Translations under genes and position numbers: made by a program | Shown here: in pieces, positions 13,301 through 26,779 of the stretch | Position numbering within the stretch: position 1 is the first letter of the stretch | How the letters are laid out: every line of letters begins with the position of its first letter | The notes under the pieces: generated by a model | Database searches by the model: none | Told to the model about the DNA's origin: nothing | Seen by the model: only the letters and a program-made list of their open reading frames with translations | Assembly: GCA_030390025.1 (NCBI GenBank) | Contig: CM059432.1 | Location: forward strand, 11,408,001-11,472,000 | Origin: Squalus acanthias | Lineage: Eukaryota | Reading direction: 5' to 3' | Length of the DNA: 64,000 nucleotides

Positions 13301-16050
13301 CATCGCATATAGCCTCAAGCTAGGAATGGCGCGAGGTAGGAACTAATCCTCAGACAATACGTACCTTTTTAGACATGCTAGAATAAAAGAAACACCTTAA
13401 CACTTAATGCATCTTGTTGCAGATGTATGTTTTTCAACACCAGGCAATATTGCACTTTTGCTAATTTTTAAAAATAATTTTGTTTCATAAATGACCTTTC
13501 CTCATGCCTTGCAGTATCCTGTATGATTCTTGAATGAAAGATAAACAAATCTTAGTCACTATGTTTCTTTGATTCTGAAGCGTTCCTTTTTTGTGTCGTA
13601 AGGTGTATGATTTCCGAAGACTGCCAGAGTTAACTTGTTCAGTGGTGCTGCTGCTTCTATTGCTGCTATTGCTTTCGCTAATTTGTATGTCAGCTTATTA
13701 TAATCATACGGTATATCATAAGACAGTTGGTGCGTGAAGAAGCCTCTATGCTTTCTGTGTCAGCTGTGGTAGAAACTGATCTATATATATTTTTGAGGAG
13801 GTTTGCATGTTACTAGTCTGTGAGCAGATAAGGTGCCTCATTTTCAGGTTTGAGCAGATATAGGAATCCCCTTGCACTCTGAGCTCCCACCTTTGTTGTG
13901 CCTCACTTAAATATGGTGCTTCTTTTGTTGTCTGTCTCTTTTATGTTTATTTGTAAGGTGCTGTATATAACTTGAATATATTATGCACATATCCTACCCA
14001 ATGGGTAGAAAAAAAGACATTGTTAATAATGTATGATAATGTATAAATGACATAAATTTTAACACAGTGGCATAGAATTTATGAATGCCTACCATGTGCT
14101 TTGTCCTTTTTGTAAACAAAAGTTTGCAAAGTAATACATAAAGAAAAAAATCTACTTACTTTATTTTCCTAAAAATGATTATCCTGTAATGCTACGGTAA
14201 AAAGCTGAAAATGCCGAGCTTGACAATTGCCTCCTTGGTTGGGGGTTGTTGGTCGGTTTGTATGTAACAGAATTCTCAGTTGTAAATGTAACTTTGCAGT
14301 GAAGAAGACTTGCTCAGTCAGCGTTAAAAATGCAACAGAATATTCACAATTTCTTTTGCCTGTCATTCAGCTGTCACCCAGTTGGACCAGTATTAGTTTA
14401 AAGAAAGAAAGACTTGCATTTATAAAGTCTGTCTTTCTTTATTAGTTTAATTCTTTAAAAGGTTTAATATGTAGCTTTGGTTACTCTGAGGGGAAAAAAT
14501 GAAGATCCTGCAGATTTTTTTAAATATAAAAACATTTAGGAAAAAAGTAACTTGTCCAAAATATTAGAAATATTAAAAATAATTGGAATTAGATAAATTC
14601 TCAATTACTTCAACATTACCAATCAGCTCCTTTTACTTTCTGACCCATTTTTTGAAGAAAACAATATAGTACAATGCCTGTGTTCTAAGAAATGCAGTTG
14701 CTGAATAATAGGGGCAGAGCTATGGCCAAAGGATCAGGGGGCGGGGGGAGACAAAGTTCCGATTTGGCCCCCAGGCCAAAATCTAGGTCAGGAGTCTGGG
14801 GCCAGAGAGCTAATGGTTCGTGGCTGCACAGTACAGCACAGCAACAATGACATCCTCCATTTGAGCCAGAGTCAAAACACCAACGTGATCACCATTGGGA
14901 ATTTAAAAGTTAAGTGAGTAAGTTATTTGTATTCAGTTTTAGCTGAGTCCTGGCCAACCTCAAAGTGATCAGGTGGGCTGGGTAGGGGGGGCGGCAAGCG
15001 GGGAGATAAATCATGACTCCTCCCGATCCCTAATTGGCTCTAGGGGAGGGGGCAAACAGCACTGACCTATCCAAAGGAGTGACCTAGTATGTAATTTTAG
15101 TAATTCACAACTCTGCCACTTAAAATTTGAAGCAAATGGCAGTGGGAGCACATACAATGTAAAAGTTAATAAGATCTCCTCAAATATAGGAATTTTTATT
15201 TGCTGCAGTTAAGCAATTTATAATAATTGACACTGGAATCCCTGCCATCTCCGTTAGTGATAACATGAATAAAATCATACTAAATATAGTTAGCTTATCT
15301 GGTGTAATAATAAACTGCAAATACAGTTGTTTCTCTCAGATCTGTTAGCGTTTTTTTAAATTGATAAGTATCTTGTAGACAATATACAACAAGTTCATTT
15401 TCATTTAGAGGGTTTTTTTTTTTTACATAGCGATGCTGCACACATCAGGATCTACAAATACAGATGCCAGCTTTCTAGCTGCTAGTTTTTTTTGCCAGGC
15501 TTTATTCCTGCTTTGGTGCGTCAGCCACAGGACATTTTATTGTAGCTTTTAAACCATCATACACCCATGTTTTGTTACTTTTAGTTACCAAAGCAAATTG
15601 TGTCCAGCAATATCAGAAATAGTTGATGTTCCTTGCGTTTAGAGTTCTGTTATCACAAGATGATGCTGGCAGAAATGTTAACTGTACAATGTGACTGTTG
15701 TACAATTAATAGACATCCATGTGACCTGTAATGGCAAAATTTGCTTTTATGGAATTTTTTAACAGTATTTGCTTATTTCCATGATAACACTGTTATCTAC
15801 AAAAAATTGAAACTGTTGTGTATTTGCCTCTTTTAATTAAGCAATGGTGATGTCATAGTTTATAGACCCAAGGTCTGGTATTGCAATACTTTACAGAAGA
15901 TGTTGCTAAGTGCTGTTGTAGTCAAAAATATTTTATGCTTGTACTTGGCTGTGGTCAGACCATAGCGAAAATCATTAAAATAAATTGAAATAAACACTGG
16001 CTTCTTCCTTTTCATTTTTTTGGTATTTTCAAATAAAGTGTGTTGCTTCA
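10387..16050 (+). other. LDLRAD4: Probable long LDLRAD4 3' UTR
   Basis: AT-rich sequence without recognisable LINE/SINE after the stop; AATAAA at 12580, 15979, 15989 and 16032; repeats resume right after ~16060. Confidence 0.55.
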
Positions 16051-16179
16051 AGTGAAGCTCAAGAACATTAACCTACCTCCTGATCTGTCCTAATATCTCG
16101 TGGCACGGTGTCAAATTTTGTTTGATAACACATCTGTGAAACGCATTGGGACATTTTACTACGTTAAAAGTGCTATATA

Positions 16180-16534
16180 TAGGAAACTCTTTATTAACCG
16201 GCACCCAAATATCCGGAAATCTCTCTTAACCGGCAAAATTCTTGAGTAGGTAACTGGGGTTTTCCTTCATCTCTCGTTTAAAATTAACTTTAAAAAAAAC
16301 CCCGAGGCGTTTGCCTTGTATCGGAGCGTGTAGATTGGGAGGGGAATGTGCAGCCCGGGTAGGCAGCGGACACGACAGATGGTCAGCTGGCGGTCTCCGG
16401 GAAGACGGAGCTCCGAATGCAGGCGCATGTCAATGTGTACGGGGCTCTCGTACGTTGGGAGATATAACTCTCCGTTATCCGGACTTTTTGATTAACCGGC
16501 ACCACGCCGGTCCCAGTTAATAAAGAGTTTCCTG
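16180..16534. mobile_element. Tc1/mariner-type (pogo/Tigger-like) MITE, copy 1
   Basis: TIR (C/T)AGGAAACTCTTTATTAAC at both ends, flanked by TA; end sequences shared with the copy at 26828-27201. Confidence 0.8.
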
Positions 16535-16539
16535 TAACT

Positions 16540-17695
16540 ACTTATATTTATATAGCGCCTTTAACATAATAAAACCATCCCAAGGTGCTTCACAGGAGTG
16601 TTATAAAAAACAAACCAATTTGACAACGAGCCATATAAGGAGATGTTAGGGCAGGTGACCAAAAGCTTGGTCAAAGAGGTAGGTTTTAAGGAGCATCTTA
16701 AAGGAGGAAAGGGAAGCAGAGAGATTTAGGGAGGGAATTCCAGAGCTTAGGACCCAGGCAGCTGAAGGCACGACCTCCAATGGTGGAGCACCGAGGTCCA
16801 GGGGGATTATAGGGCTGGAGGAGATTACAGAGATAAGGAGGGGGCGAGGCCATGGAGGGATTTGAAAACAAGGATGAGAATTTTAAAATTGAGGCATTGC
16901 TTACCTGGGAGCCAATGTAGGTCAGCGAGCACAGAGGAGACGGGTGAGCAGGACGTGGTGTGAGTTAGCACACAGATGGCAGAGTTTTGGATGACCAAGT
17001 TTATGGAGGTAGAACTAGGGAGGCCAGCCAGGAGTGCATTGGAATAGTCAAGTCTAGAGGTGATAAAGGCATGGATGAGGGTTTCAGCAGCAGATAAGTT
17101 GAAGTAAGGGCAGAGACGGGCGATCTTACAAAGGTAGAAATGGGCAGTCTTGGTGATAGAACGGATATGAGGTAGGAAGCTCAATTCGTGATCAAATATG
17201 ACACCAAGGTTGTGAACAGACTTGGTCAGCCATAGACAGATGCCGGGGAAAGAGATTGAATCAGTGGAAAGGGAATGGAGTTTGTGGCGTGAACCGAAGA
17301 CAATGGCTTCCGTCTTCCCGATATTTAATTGGAGGAAATTTCTACTCCTCCAGTGCGGGATGTCGGACAAGCAGTCTGATAATATAGAGACAGTGTTGGG
17401 TTCGGGAGAGATGGAGGAGAGGTAGAGCTGGGTATCATCAGCGTACATGTGAAAACTTACGTTGTGTTGCCGGATGATGTCATCGAGGGGCAACATGTCG
17501 GTGAGAAATAGGAGGGGGCCAAGGATAGATCCTTGGGGGACACCAAAGGTGACAATGCGGGATCGGGAAGAGAAACCATTGTCAGTGACTCTATGGTTAT
17601 GGCTGGAAAGATAGGAATGAAACCAGGAGAGTGCAGTCCCATCCAGCTGGATGACGGTGGAGAGGCGTTGGAGCAGAATTTTGTGGTCAACCATA
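16540..17695 (-). mobile_element. L2-clade LINE 3' fragment
   Basis: 297-aa ORF with GVPQGSILGP, YADDTQLY, LQLNIGKTE, SRLDYSNALL, LHWLP motifs; L2-type 3' end. Confidence 0.88.
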
Positions 17696-18251
17696 CAAGT
17701 TATTGCAGGAAATGGCATTTTAATGTTTCTAATTTGTCTGTTTAATATGATTTCATAATAGAATAAGTTTGATTTAATTTGTAAAAATGGTGATAGGGCA
17801 GCGACTGCTATTCTACACGTAAATCTTTCTCAGGCAACAATGTTGTTTTCTTCAAATAGCTTTCTTGCTAAAGGTGAGGTACGTCAGTGGTGGAGAATGA
17901 AATTTGAAGTTTTGCACCTTCCCCAGGTCAGGCATAGCATGATCAAATGTGAAATAAAGTTCCTCTACCCCAGCAGTGTGCCTTCAACTTCAGAAAAGCA
18001 CACCCTCCAACTTGACTTTTAAAATCACCACCAGTTACATCTGGTACTGAAGTGAGACTTCCAATTGGTGCTGAATTTAGTTGTGGATCTGTGCCCATAA
18101 GGAACTAAATTGAGGTTTTCCAAATTTGTTTAATCCAGAACCTTACTTCAGCAGAGTGCAGATTTCATCCTGTAACTCTTGGCTTAACTCAAACCTAGAT
18201 CCCTAGGATGCTGCGCCACACAGTTCTCCATTGGCTTTCTTTTATAAATTA

Positions 18252-21200
18252 AACATACGAAATAGGAGCAGGAGTAGGCCATTTGGCCCTTTGAGCCTGC
18301 TCCGCCATTCAACAAGATCATGGCTGATCATCTACCTCAACTCCACCTTCCCGCACTAGCACCATATCCCTTAATTCCCAAAAATTTATCGACCTCTGTC
18401 TTGAATATATTCAACGACTGAGCATCCACAGCTCTCTGGGGTCGAGAATTCCAAAGATTCACAACCCTTTGAGTGAAGAAATTTCTTCTCATCTCAGTCC
18501 TAAATGGCCGACTCCTTATTTCTGAGGCTGTGACCCTGTGTTCTAGATTCTCCAGCCAGGGGAAACATTTTCTCAGCATTAACCCTGTCAAGCCCCTTAA
18601 GAATTTTATATGTTTCAATTAGATCACCCCTCATTCTTCTAAACTCTAGGGAATATTGGTCTAGTCTACTCGATCTCCCCTCATAGGGCAATCCCCTCAT
18701 CCCAGGAACCGGTCAAGTGAACCTTTGTTGCACTCCCTCTAAGGCAAGTATGTCTTTCCTTAGGTAAGGAGACCAGAACTGTACACAGTACTCCAGGTGT
18801 GGCCTCACCAATGCCCTGTATAATTGCAGTAAGACTTTACATAGGATATACGGCGCAGAAACAGGCCATTCGGCCCAACCAGTCCATGCCGGCGTTTATG
18901 CTCCACTCGAGCCTCCTCCTGTCTTTCCTCATCTAAATCTATCAGCATAATCCTCTATTCCCTTCTCCCTCATATGTTTGTCCAGCCTCCCCTTAAATGC
19001 ATCTATACTATTCGCTTCAACCACTCCCTGTGGTTGCAAGTTTCACATTCTCAGTACTCTCTGGGTAAAGAAGTTTCTTCTGAATTTCCTATTGGATTTC
19101 TTGGTGACTATCTTAAATTGATGGCCTCTAGTTATGCTCTTCCCCACAAGTGGAAACATTCTCTCTGTATCCACTCTATCAAAACCTTTCATAATTTTAA
19201 AGACCTCTATTAGGTTACCCCTCTGCCTTTTTTCAAGAGACCCAGCCTGTTCATCCTTTCCTGATATGTATACCCTCGCATTTCTGGTATCATCCTTGTA
19301 AATCTTCTCTGCACCCTCTTCAGTGCCTCTATATCCTTTTTATAATAGGGCGACCAGCTCTGTACGCAGTACTCTTAAGTGTGGTCTAACCAAGGTTCAA
19401 TACAGGTTTAGCATAACTTCCCTATTTTTCAATTCTATCCCTCTAGAAATAAACCCTAGTTCTTGGTTTGCTTTTTTTGTGGCCTTGCTAACCTGCAAAG
19501 ACTTCCTTATTCTTAGTCATAACAGCCCATCGAGTCTATGCCAGCTCTCTGTAGAGCAATCCAGTCAGTCCCATTCCCCCGCTCTATCCCCATAGCCCTG
19601 CAAGTTTATTTCCCTCAAGTGCCTATCCAGTCTCCCCTTGAAAACATTCTGTCTCCGCTTCCACCACTTCCGTCGGCAGTGAATTCCAGGTCATCACCAC
19701 TCGCTGCGTAAAAATGTTTTTCCTCACATCCCCCCTGTATCTCTTGCCCAAAACCTTAAATCTGTGTCCCCATGTCCTTGTACCATCAACTAGTGGGAAC
19801 AGCCTTTCCCTGTCATAATCTTGTACACCTCTATCAAATCACCTCTCAACCTCCTTTGCTCCAGTGAAAACAAATCCAGCTTCTCCAACCTGTCCTTGTA
19901 GCTAAGATCCCCCATCCCCAGAACCATTCTGGTAAATCTCCTCTGCACCCTCTCTTGGGGCGCTGCGAGGGAATATCGCGGCACGTTACGCCGCGGTATT
20001 GCAGGCCTTCCTAAAGTGTGGTGACCAGAACTGGACGCAATACTCCAGTTGTGGTCTAACCAGCGCTTTATAAAGGTTCAGCATAACTTCTCTGCTTTTG
20101 TACTCAATACCTCTATTTATGAAGCCCAAGATCCCATATGCTTTGTTAACCACTCTCTCAATATGCCCTGCCACCTTCAGGGACCTATGCACATTAACTC
20201 CCAGGTCCCTCTGTCCCTGCACACTCTTTAAAACTGTGCCATTAAGTGTATATTGCCTCCCCCTGTTCCTTCTGCCAAAATGCATCACCTCACACTTCTC
20301 TGTATTAAATTCCGTCTGCCCATTCTGCTAGCCTTTCTATGTCCTGTTGCAGTCGATTGGTATAATCATCACTGTTATACTCTAATCCCTCTGTAACAAA
20401 AGCTAACATGCCATTTGCTTTCCTAATTACTTGCTGTACCTGCATGTTAACTTTGTGATTTCATGTACAAGGACACCCAGGTCCCTCAGAATGCACATTT
20501 CCCAGTCTCTCACCATTCAAAAAATATTCTGCTTTTTTGTTTTTCCCACCAAAGTGGATAACTTCACACTTCCCCACATTGTATTCCATTTGCCATGTTC
20601 TTGCCCACTCAATCAACCTGTCTATATCTTTTTGCATCCTCCTTACAGCTTACTTTCCCACCTAACTTTGCATCAGCAGCAAACTTTGATACGTTGCACT
20701 CAGTCCCTTCATCCAAGTCATTAATATAGATTGTAAATAGCCAAAGCCCAAGCATTGCGGTACCCTGCTAGTTACAGCCTGCCAACCTGAAAAAGTCCCA
20801 TTTATTCCTACTCTGTTTTCTGTCCATTAACCAATCCTCAATCCATGCTAATTAATATATTACCCCCAATCCTGAGTCCTAATTTTGTGTAATAACCTCT
20901 TGTGTGGCACTTTATCAAACTTTTTGAAAATCCAAATACACTACATCCACTGGTTCCCCCTTATCCATCCTACTAATTACATCTTCATAAAACAGATTTG
21001 TCAAACATTATTTCCCTTTCATAAAACCATGTTGACTCTGCCTAATATTACGATTTTCTAAGTGCCCTGTTACCACGTCCCTAAAATAGATTCTAGCATT
21101 TTGCCTACTAGTGATGTTAGGCTATATAGTTCCCCGTGTTTTTTCTCTCCCTCCTTTCTTAAATAGTGGGGTTATGTTTGTTACCTTCCAATCCTTGGGG

Positions 21201-22330
21201 ACTGTTCTAGAATCTAAGGAATTCTGGAAGTTTAATACCAGTGCATCCACTATCTCTGCAGCTACCGCTTTTAAAACCAAAGGATGCAAGTCGTCAGGTC
21301 CAGGGGATTTGTCGTCACTTCGTCCCATTAATTTCTCCAGTACTATGTCTTTAAATTCCTCATTCTCTCTAGATAGACCCTTGGTTCCCCATTATTTCCA
21401 GAATGTTTTATGTGTCTTCTACGATGAAGGCAGATACAAAGTATTTGTTTAATGTCTCTGCAATTTCCTTCTTGCCTATTATAATTTCTCCTGTCTCTGC
21501 CTCGAATGGGCCCATGTTTACTTTCACTTCCTATTTACATACCTATGGAACTGTTTACAATCTGTTTTTATGTCTCTTGCAAATTTACTCATTTTTTCTT
21601 TCCTCATCAATTTCTAGGTCCTCTGCTGAATTCTAAATGCCATCCATTCCTCAGGCTTACTACTCTTTTTGGCACCATTATAAGCCTCTTCCTTTGATCT
21701 AATACCATCTTTAACTTCTCGTTAGCCACGGTTGGACCACTTTTCCTGTGGGGTTTCTGTGCCTTAAAGAAATGTATATTTGTTGTAAATTATGTATTAA
21801 TTCTTTAAATGCTAGCCATTGCTTGTCTACCATCATACCTTTTAATGTAGTTTCCCAATCTACCTTAGCCAACTCGCCCCTCATACCTACGTAGTTTACT
21901 TTGTTTCGATTGAAGACCCTAGTTTCGGATTTAAAATTCTATCATATTATGGTCACTCTTCCCTAAAGGCCCCTTTACTACAAGGTTATTAATTAACCCT
22001 TTCTCATTACACAATGGCCTGTTCCCTTGTTAGTTTCTCAACATACTGATCCAGAAAACTATCTTGCATACATTCCATGAATTCATCCTCCCCATTATTA
22101 CTGCAAATTTGGTTTGCCCAGTCTATATGTAGATTAAAGTCCCCCATGATTACTGTATTACCCTTGTTACATGCGCCTCTAATTTCCTGATTTATATTCC
22201 GCCCAACATTACAACTACTGTTTGGGGGGCTATAAACAACTCCTACCATTGTTTTCTGCCTCTTGCTGTTTCTTAGCGCCACCCAAACTGATTCTACTTC
22301 TTGATTTTCCGAGCCACGATCCTTTCTCTC
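18252..22330 (-). mobile_element. Degenerate CR1 LINE carrying two nested CR1 insertions (~18838-19497, ~19515-20376)
   Basis: Endonuclease to 3' end fragments in order; 7-bp duplication aagactt at 18831-18837 and 19498-19504 brackets the first insert. Confidence 0.82.
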
Positions 22331-23500
22331 TAAATTGATTCAAATATTTTCCTTTTTAAAAATTTGTTCTTGATGTGGGTGACACAGGAAAGTCTATTGA
22401 CATATTTGATTCATTTTATACTAAAAGTCTGGTTATTCTGTACACAACAATCCACCATAGATATAATTAAAGTCTTTGCAAAGTTAAAGAGATCAGGGCC
22501 CAATTCTTAACAAGAATTAATTTTTTGAATGCATAAATTTTGTAATAAGTCACTTGTCACTCTTTGCAGGACAGTATAGCCAACTGTAGAATCCCTTTAG
22601 TCTGCTCCAACATACCCATGTCCAATATCAAAAATGTCCGTAACCAGGGCTACTGACAAAACATTTAGAATTGTACAGCTTCTAACAGGAAGTTAGAAAT
22701 AGGTCGTAGATGGGCTTTTTGAAGAGACTTCTGCCACTACGGAGCAATGTCTTGGCTCTTTACACTTCCTCCAGCCTCTGCTGTCAGTGACTAGAACTGG
22801 ACACAGACAGACTACTAGAAAGCACTGGACAGTTTGATCATGACTTCCTCTGACTTGTATTCCATTGGCTTTGCTGATTGGAGCCTGCCAAGTGTCAATG
22901 CGAAGGTTCTTGGGTGTAGCTCAACTTCAGCCGTAGCTATTTGAACAGCAATCGTACCCATGTTAATTGCCTCAATGGGGTTGTGTTTAAATGTGGGGAA
23001 AGTTATAAACACAAAAAGCAAGATGCCAAGAGTACAGAAAACATTTTACTTTCAATTTTCTCAAACCCTGAGCATGTGGTTCAAGTGAGACTTTATAACC
23101 GATTAGGTGGCCTATAAATGCCACCTAGAGCCAATAAAAAAACATTTACACAATGTACATAGCGCTAATTCCCAGAGTACTTCTGACAAAACCACATGTA
23201 CACATTTCAATCGCTGCATATAAAGCATTTAAAATACATCAACCCCTTCATTTTAAACAAACCATGCGGACATTTTCTGTTCACATCTAGTGAAAGTGAA
23301 CATTTTATAATGGATTTAAGAATTGATAAGACAGCACGGTTTCTGCAGCAAAATGTGTAGTAGATACAGTAGACCTTCGGCGTACTGAAGCTTTTAAGCG
23401 TATTGCCATGAAGTCGATGAGTCACTTTGACAAGCAGTCCGAAAGTGTAAATAAACAGCTTCAACCCATTTAAGGTCACATTACAGTTTGGATCTTTGGA

Positions 23501-23593
23501 TTAGAAGAGAGCTGGTGGAATGCCACTGCCAAACAGCAATCTCCAAGAACTTGGGATCTTCCACTGCGCACGGGTCACGGTGTGCTGATCACT
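23501..23593 (-). CDS. PSMG2: PSMG2 exon 7 (last; SDQHTVTRAQWKIPSSWRLLFGSGIPPALF*)
   Basis: tcttcag acceptor; conserved PAC2 C-terminus WKIPSSWRLLFG; TAA stop. Confidence 0.93.
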   Translation of the reverse strand, partial: SDQHTVTRAQWKIPSSWRLLFGSGIPPALF

Positions 23594-25191
23594 CTGAAGA
23601 GAAGCATTTCAATTAATCAAATAGATCAATCCCATTCAACTGCAGCATCCTGTGTCAATACTGTGCTGTAGCCTGAAAGTTACATCAGCCAGTGCAGTAC
23701 AAGTCTTCCTTGAAACATTTTAAACTCCACATGCCAATAGGATAACTGGTGTCAGCTTCCAGAAACAAATTGGGGGTCGTTAGCTCGAAGTTATTCACAG
23801 CCTGCTCAGTCAGAGGTTATTTCCCAACTCTAGTCTATACAAGGCTTCACTCTAAGCTATGTTCTTGGAGCAGAGGAGGCAGCATTAAATCCCTAAACAC
23901 CAGCAGCACTAATACACTTCCCAGTAAATGGCAGGATAGCCAAGAAGTGGCACCGTACCAGTAGAGAAGCCATATTTGCCTTAAATACTGCTGTACAGTA
24001 ATTCTCCAATACCCAATTTGCTACATGCTATTCAGTTATAGATTTACCCAATATCTTCCCAAAAGAAAAAAAGTTTCCCAGATCAATGAAATTCAACATC
24101 AAATGCTAACGTTGTGGAAGAATCCGGCCTATATGAGGGAGAGGATAAGGAGTTTGAAGCTCAGCTTAGGTATAAACAAGATACAGATGTGGTTCAGCCT
24201 GAATGAGCAGCCAAAGAGAGGGATAAGCTCAAGGATAGAGGTTTGATGGGAGTTAAATAAGATGGCTCAACTGGAGGAAGTTTTGAGCCTTTTGCAACCC
24301 AAAATGGAAAGCTATATTGGCCTTGGATTCACTAGAATTATACCAGGGCTTAAAGGGTTGAACTACGAGGACAGGTTGCATAAAATTTAGCTCGTGCTCC
24401 CTTGAAGTTAGATGGCCGAGGGCAACGGGACATCTGGGACCTTAGTGAATGGCGGGATCTCCTTAACCAATGAGATTCAAGGATTGAGAAAGAAACGGGA
24501 ACGATGGCGAAGGAGGGTGAATTAGAGTCAAATCAAGTACAGAAAGAGAAATGAGGGAAAGAAAGACTGGACTGAGAGAGAGAAAAAAAGAGGGGAAAAG
24601 TAAGAATTTTTTTAAATCTCTAAGAATTTACGACCTGCTGGAATGAGACTCAATAGTTTAAATTGTTCCCTTTCTGGGCCAGAGAAGCTTGATTGGCATT
24701 TCATTAACAAATATCACATCATTAAAAGGGTACTTGTGCTGTTAATTACCAGCCCTAACTTTCTGCGGTGAGTTTAACGGGCAATTAATGTGCAAATCCA
24801 GCAAGTTCTTAAAAATAACATGGAGGCTGAGGACGAGATGCTGTTTGTGCGAAGCAAACAGAGCAGCATAAATCGAGCAGCAAGTTCTGGAGATTCACAG
24901 CGCACGGTGTATCGCTTCATCCCCCGAGCTTGCTGGCTGATTTGCGCATTAATAACAGTGTGCGTCGTGAAGTCATCGTTACTTCTCCAGGAAGATTTGG
25001 CTCACTATATTTAAAATACACAACTGCACCAATTTGATATCCCTGCTAAAGAATGGATTTCTTTTAATCAAATATTTCATTGCACCAAAAATAAGAGAAA
25101 CAACCTGTACCGCAGTCACTATAGCTAATGTTCAAACAATCTCGGGGATCACATTTAACAGCTACACCTCAGCAGAAATGGCATCACTTAC

Positions 25192-25312
25192 TGTTTTTTC
25201 TATTAACTGCATCCACTCATTCAGGAAGTTGAGAAGGTTGAATGCATCAGGGATATTATCCCCTTCGGAACAGAAAATCAGGAGCACTGACAATGGGATT
25301 TCTTCAGTGCAA
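25192..25312 (-). CDS. PSMG2: PSMG2 exon 6 (121 nt)
   Basis: gtag/gtaagt boundaries; CTEEIPLSVLLIFCSEGDNIPDAFNLLNFLNEW with the conserved SEGDNIPDA motif. Confidence 0.93.
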
Positions 25313-26204
25313 CTACACACAAACAAAATGAGCATGCAGTTAGCATACAAACAAGTGTAGAAATATTTCTCTTTACTATAAAACTCAGAATTTCTTAGCG
25401 CTATCTGTCTATCCAAAAAGAGAATTCGGTCCTTTAGGTCCTCACTGTTGCCGTGTTCAGCAAGTGTTGACCAGAGACTGCTCAAAGCTCTAGTCAATGC
25501 TGCAAGTATTTTGTATGTTGTGTTGAGCCAGCTTTTAAATACTCGCAGGTAGTTTTGTTACAAAGTGCTCCCTCTGGTGACCCAGCTGCGCACTGCTGAA
25601 ACTCAGCTGGAGAGAACAGCGGCTGAGCACAACCGGCAGTCCACGGCGTAGGTTTGAACCAGGTCCCATTGTTGGGAACTCTCGACACTTGTGGAGCCGA
25701 CAGGCAGCCCCCGAAATAGACACATCACGTAACCTGGTCAGCCAGTAAACAAAGGAACATACCCTCGCAAAGGGGATTTAAACAGGCTGTCTCTGAACAA
25801 AACATTATCCAAAGGGAGTAACTGAAGTTTTCCTAGTCTTTCATTGGAATCCACCTGTCTTACTGTTTCAGAAAGAAGGGCCCCAGATGTCATATCTCTT
25901 CCAACATTCACATGCATTTATTTTCAACCTTAGTTTAGTGAGATTTACCTGTCTGAGATGAAGCTGTGGATGAGCTAAAATTTCCTACAATTCATCAAGA
26001 AGATCAATGCCGTTGTTTTCAGTCCCACCAAAAAACTTTTTCCTTCCCCTCCACCCTCTTCCTTGGCTGCTCAATCAGGCCGAACCACACTGCACACAGC
26101 CTCAGCGCACTGTTCAATCCAAAACTGAGCTTCAGACCCTGTACTCTATTCACTGCCAAGATTACTTCCTTCCAAAAGGGCACATGGCTTGTCTCCATCT
26201 TGTG

Positions 26205-26645
26205 TGTCAGCTGTGGCTCAGTGGGTAGCACCCTCGCCTCCGAGTCAGAAGGTTGTGAGTTCAAGTCCCACTCCAGCAACATGAGCACAAAAATCTAGGC
26301 CGACACTCCAGTGCAGTGCTGGGGGAGTCCTGCACGGTCGGAGGTGCCGTCTTTCAGGTGAGACATTAAACCGAGGCCCCATCTGCTCTCTCAGGTGGAT
26401 GTAAAAGATCCTATGGCACTATTTCGAACAAGAGCAGGGGAGTTATCCCCGGTGTCCTGGCCAATAGTTATCCCTAAAACAACATAACAAACACAGATAA
26501 TCTGGTCATTGCATTCCTGTTTGTGGGAGCTTGCTGTGTTCCCTACATTACAACAGCGACGACACTTCAAAAGTACTTCATTGACTGTAAAACGCTTTCG
26601 GACGTCCAGTGGTCGTAAAAGGCGCTATATAAATGCAAGTCTTTT
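26205..26645 (+). mobile_element. Full-length tRNA-derived Deu-domain SINE (SacSINE1-like)
   Basis: Pol III A box gtggctcagtggg, B box gttcaagtcc, central GTAAAAGATCC..GGCACTATTTCGAA..GTCCTGGCCAA domain, L2-like tail GGCGCTATATAAATGCAAG. Confidence 0.8.
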
Positions 26646-26779
26646 TTACCTTACCCACTGAAAACCCATCTTGCTCACCCCCTAGACTTATAAGCTTTTG
26701 GTCACCTTTCCTAATCCTCCTGGAAAGGCTCTCATTTCTTCGTCAAAAGGTCCTTTTCTACGTTAAAGTACTATAGTAA

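Noticed and set aside
23104..23127. 8-bp hairpin TAGGTGGC/GCCACCTA downstream of the PSMG2 stop
   Set aside because: Short enough to arise by chance; no supporting evidence
26205..26275. tRNA-like sequence (also at 33165-33235, 46850-46910, 47053-47115)
   Set aside because: SINE heads continuing into the SINE body; not tRNA genes
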